Below are positions 32,779-36,020 of a stretch of DNA of 36,020 nucleotides, piece after piece. This DNA is from Chiloscyllium plagiosum (lineage: Eukaryota). Below the pieces are notes generated by a model. The model saw only the letters and a list, made by a program, of their open reading frames with translations. It was not told where the DNA came from and searched no databases. Made by a program: the position numbers and the translations under genes. The stretch spans positions 1 to 36,020 of the forward strand of contig NW_025214150.1 in assembly GCF_004010195.1 (NCBI RefSeq), written 5' to 3'. The first letter of the stretch is position 1, and each line of letters opens with the position of its first letter.

Positions 32779-33657
32779 AGTTTATATCTGCTCCTGGCGA
32801 GAAAGGAACTCCTCTCACCCTGTCGAAGATGTTTGTACCCCCTTGAAAAGACTTCACCCGAGGAGCTTAACGAGAGCCATCACTCTATTATTGAAGGGGC
32901 GAGAAATTGCATTTGTATAACGCCATGTAAATTACTGCTTGGGACTGTTATTTTTTTAATCACTTGATAAACCTGTAGATTTGTGACTTAGTGTTTTTTG
33001 TTTAAAAGACATGTTTTCTCTATAGTTTTAAGGAGGGATAGGGCAAGGCAGACTATCATCAGCCGTTAGTAACTTGTGGAGTGGGTTTTATTTGTAAAAG
33101 TGGAACTGAATACAAGGTGGCTTGAGTTAATCCCCTTTTCTGTAATTCTAATTTAAAGTGTCCAAATATTTCAGTCCATCTGTGTTCTGGGCCCTTTGAG
33201 ATTATGGGATGTTGGGTGGGAGGGTAGCAACTGGGAAGGTTCACTCTGGCCCTGGAGGTCATTGGAGTGAGTGATTGGTTTTTAAAGCAGCTTGCTTCTG
33301 TGGGTCTTTAACCCTCCAGTTCTGAAACAGATCACTTCGGTTTTTTAAAAAAATCGAGATACAAACCTCTCCGGTTCCCTCAAGATTTTGTTTTTGAAGG
33401 AGTTCTCTCTTGCGCTCTCTCTCCTGCATTCCTTCTATCTCTGTCTTTGGTGTGGGCAGAGGAGCTGACCTGGAGAAGCAGCATCCCACAGCAAGGGACA
33501 GTTAGCTCTTGGAACCTGTCTCAATTTTCCAGGTTAATCATGATTTAAAAAAAAAACTGTTCTTGTACACGTGCCAGGATTGGAGGGTTTATTAAGAGTT
33601 TTGCTGAGATGTTTTTATTAAGAAATGGATTGTAGCTGTACATTTTGTTTGTTTATA

Positions 33658-33663
33658 AATAAA
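33658..33663 (+). terminator. Probable polyadenylation signal of the claudin gene
   Basis: AATAAA about 880 bp after the stop, with upstream TGTA and a U/GU-rich downstream tract. Confidence 0.6.
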
Positions 33664-34307
33664 TTTTTAATCTGCTGCTGTCTCTTTCTCCATGTTGGGG
33701 TCCTTGCGTTGACAGGTTTTGGGGAGGACAGGGGTGACCCTTGGTCTCTCTGGCTACTGACCCCTGGAGTTGTCAGTCTCTGGTCTTCCCTCCCATCCTT
33801 GCTGTGCTGGCTGAGCAATTTGGAACAGGACTAGACCATTCAGCCCTTTGAACCTATCCCACCACTCAATATGGTCATGGCTATTGGGCTGAGTACAAGG
33901 TATTGAAATGGCCAGTTACCTTGTACACCACCTATTCGTCTCAGCTTTTTGTAGGACACCCTCTCTGAGCTCCCACAGCTCTGAGGGACAGCATTCCAAA
34001 GGTTGGTTGAAACATTTTCTTTCCAACTTCTTCAGGGAATGTGGAATTTCCTGGCAAGGTCAGTCTGTTACCCGTTTCTAATTACCCTTGGTTGGCCGTT
34101 CGGTCAGTCTGATTTTAAATTGTAGAAGAGAGATGGAATTAGAAATTAACTTCCTGTTGAGATTTAAAGGGAGAGGGGAGATGACAGTCCGAGAGGAAGG
34201 AATTCAAACCCTTATGATTATTTAATGAATTGAGTTCAATCAGGATGTGACAGGGAAACTCGTGAATGTATGCGATATCTATCGGAAACCCTCTTTTCCC
34301 CACTGCC

Positions 34308-34375
34308 CTGCAGGAAGGAAAATCTGCCATCGTTACCCAGTCTAGTCTACACGTAACTCCTGACCCACAGCCAAG
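34308..34375 (+). mobile_element. Degenerate SINE fragment
   Basis: ggaaggaaaatctgccatcgttacccagtctagtctacacgtaactcctgacccacagc; a weakly related inverse copy lies near 27395-27460. Confidence 0.4.
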
Positions 34376-34691
34376 AGGTGTCCCTTTTTACTGTTCTACC
34401 GCCTCCCCGTGGTCAAAGCAGGCTGTGCGGCTCCCACCCATTTCGAATGAAGAATCTTGCATTTTAGTTGCACCTCTTCCCAACCTCTCTGCCAGTGGAG
34501 GACTGTTTTCAAAGTGGCTGGAAATTGTAAAATGGTGCAAACATCTGCACAAATTTGTTCTTATATACTTTCATCATTCAAAGCCCACCACTGAATCAGA
34601 AGGCAGTCAGAGAGCGACACACAGCTCCATGGGTAGAGAGAGGCACGCTGATAGAGACATCGAGAGGTACACACACGGATAGAGAAGTCTT

Positions 34692-35947
34692 ACATAGAAC
34701 ATAGAAGAATACAGCGCAGTACAGGCCCTTTGGCCCTCGATGTTGCACTGATCCAAGCCCACCTAACTTGTACTAACCCACTATCCTCCATATACCTATC
34801 CAATGCCCGCTTAAATGCCCATAAAGAGGGAGAGTCCACCACTGCTACTGGCAGGGCATTCCATGAACTTACGACTCGCTGAGTGAAGAACCTACCCCTA
34901 ACTTCAGTCCTATATCTACTCCCCCCCGCTTAATTTAAAGCTATGCCCCCTTGTAATACCCGACTCCATACGCGGGAAAAGGTTCACACTGTCAACCCTA
35001 TCTAACCCCCTAATCATCTTGTACACCTCAATCAAGTCACCCCTAAACCTTCTTTTCTCTAATGAAAACAGCCCCAAGTGTCTCAGTCTTTCCGCATACG
35101 ATCTTCCTTCCATACCAGGCAACATCCTGGTAAACCTCCTCTGCACCCGTTCCAGTGCCTCCACATCCTTCCTATAGTATGGCGACCAAAACTGCACACA
35201 ATATTCCAGATGCGGCCGCACCAGAGTCTTATACAACTGCATCATGACCTCAGGACTCCCGAACTCAATTCCTCTACCAATAAAAGCCAGTACGCCATAT
35301 GCCTTCCTCACCGCACTATTTACCTGGGTGGCAACTTTCAGAGATCTGTGTACATGGACACCAAGATCCCTCTGCTCATCCACACTACCAAGTATCCGAC
35401 CATTAGCCCAGTACCCCATCTTTTTGTTATTCTTCCCAAAGTGAATCACCTCACACGTAGCTACATTGAATTCCATTTGCCACCTTTCTGCCCAGCTCTG
35501 CAGCTTCTCTATATCCTGCTGTAACCTGCCACATCCTTCCTCACTGTCAACAACTCCTCCGACTTTCGTATCATCCGCAAACTTGCTCACCCAACCTTCT
35601 AACCCCTCTTCCAGGTCATTTATAAAAATGACAAACAGCAATGGTCCCAAAACAGATCCTTGCGGAACACCGCTAGTGACGGCACTCCATGAAGAAACTT
35701 TGCCATCAACTACTACCCTCTGTCTTCTTCCATCCAGCCAATTCCTAATCCAAACCTCCAACCCACCCTCAATGCCATATCTCCGTATTTTCTGCAGTAG
35801 CCTACCATGGGGAACCTTATCAAACGCCTTACTAAAATCCATATATACCACATCTACCGCTTTCCCCTCATCAACCTCCTTCGTCACCTTTTCAAAGAAT
35901 TCAATAAGGTTTGTGAGGCACGACCTGCCCTTCACAAAACCATGCTA
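34692..35947 (-). mobile_element. 5'-truncated young CR1 LINE with an open reverse-transcriptase frame (ORF 34916-35935, 339 aa)
   Basis: DFSKAFDKVPH, GVPQGSVLGPLLF and KFADDTK motifs; (TTCTATG)-type tail at 34692-34705; frame ends near a C-run at 34921. Confidence 0.95.
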
Positions 35948-36020
35948 ACCAAATTGTTATTAAGTACAAGGACGTTGAAAATACACAATTACTTTCCCTT
36001 GTATTAATATTGTTAACTGA

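Overview
This is vertebrate genomic DNA, most likely an elasmobranch (shark or ray), judged from HE1-type V-SINEs, abundant CR1 LINEs and Penelope-like elements. It contains three N gaps. The only confidently supported host gene is a complete four-exon claudin-7-like gene on the + strand (CDS 24746-24968, 29966-30130, 32091-32175, 32613-32778; 212 aa) with GC box, TATA box and a likely AATAAA. The rest is mostly retroelement debris (CR1 fragments including one 339-aa open RT frame, an older LINE, SINEs, Penelope-like GIY-YIG elements) and several large minisatellites. The most notable structure is a set of minimal hammerhead-ribozyme motifs (CUGANGA-stem II-GAAA-NN-UH) in Penelope terminal repeats. 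They fall into three covarying families, occur as short TSD-flanked insertions and inverted palindromes, and include a 98-bp-arm hairpin in claudin intron 2. Also notable are a TSD-flanked polyadenylated retrocopy in intron 2 and an ETS/TEAD/AP-1/CRE motif cluster upstream of the gene. I see no clear evidence of a wholly new protein-coding system; most short ORFs are repeat artefacts. Family assignments come from recalled motifs, not database searches.
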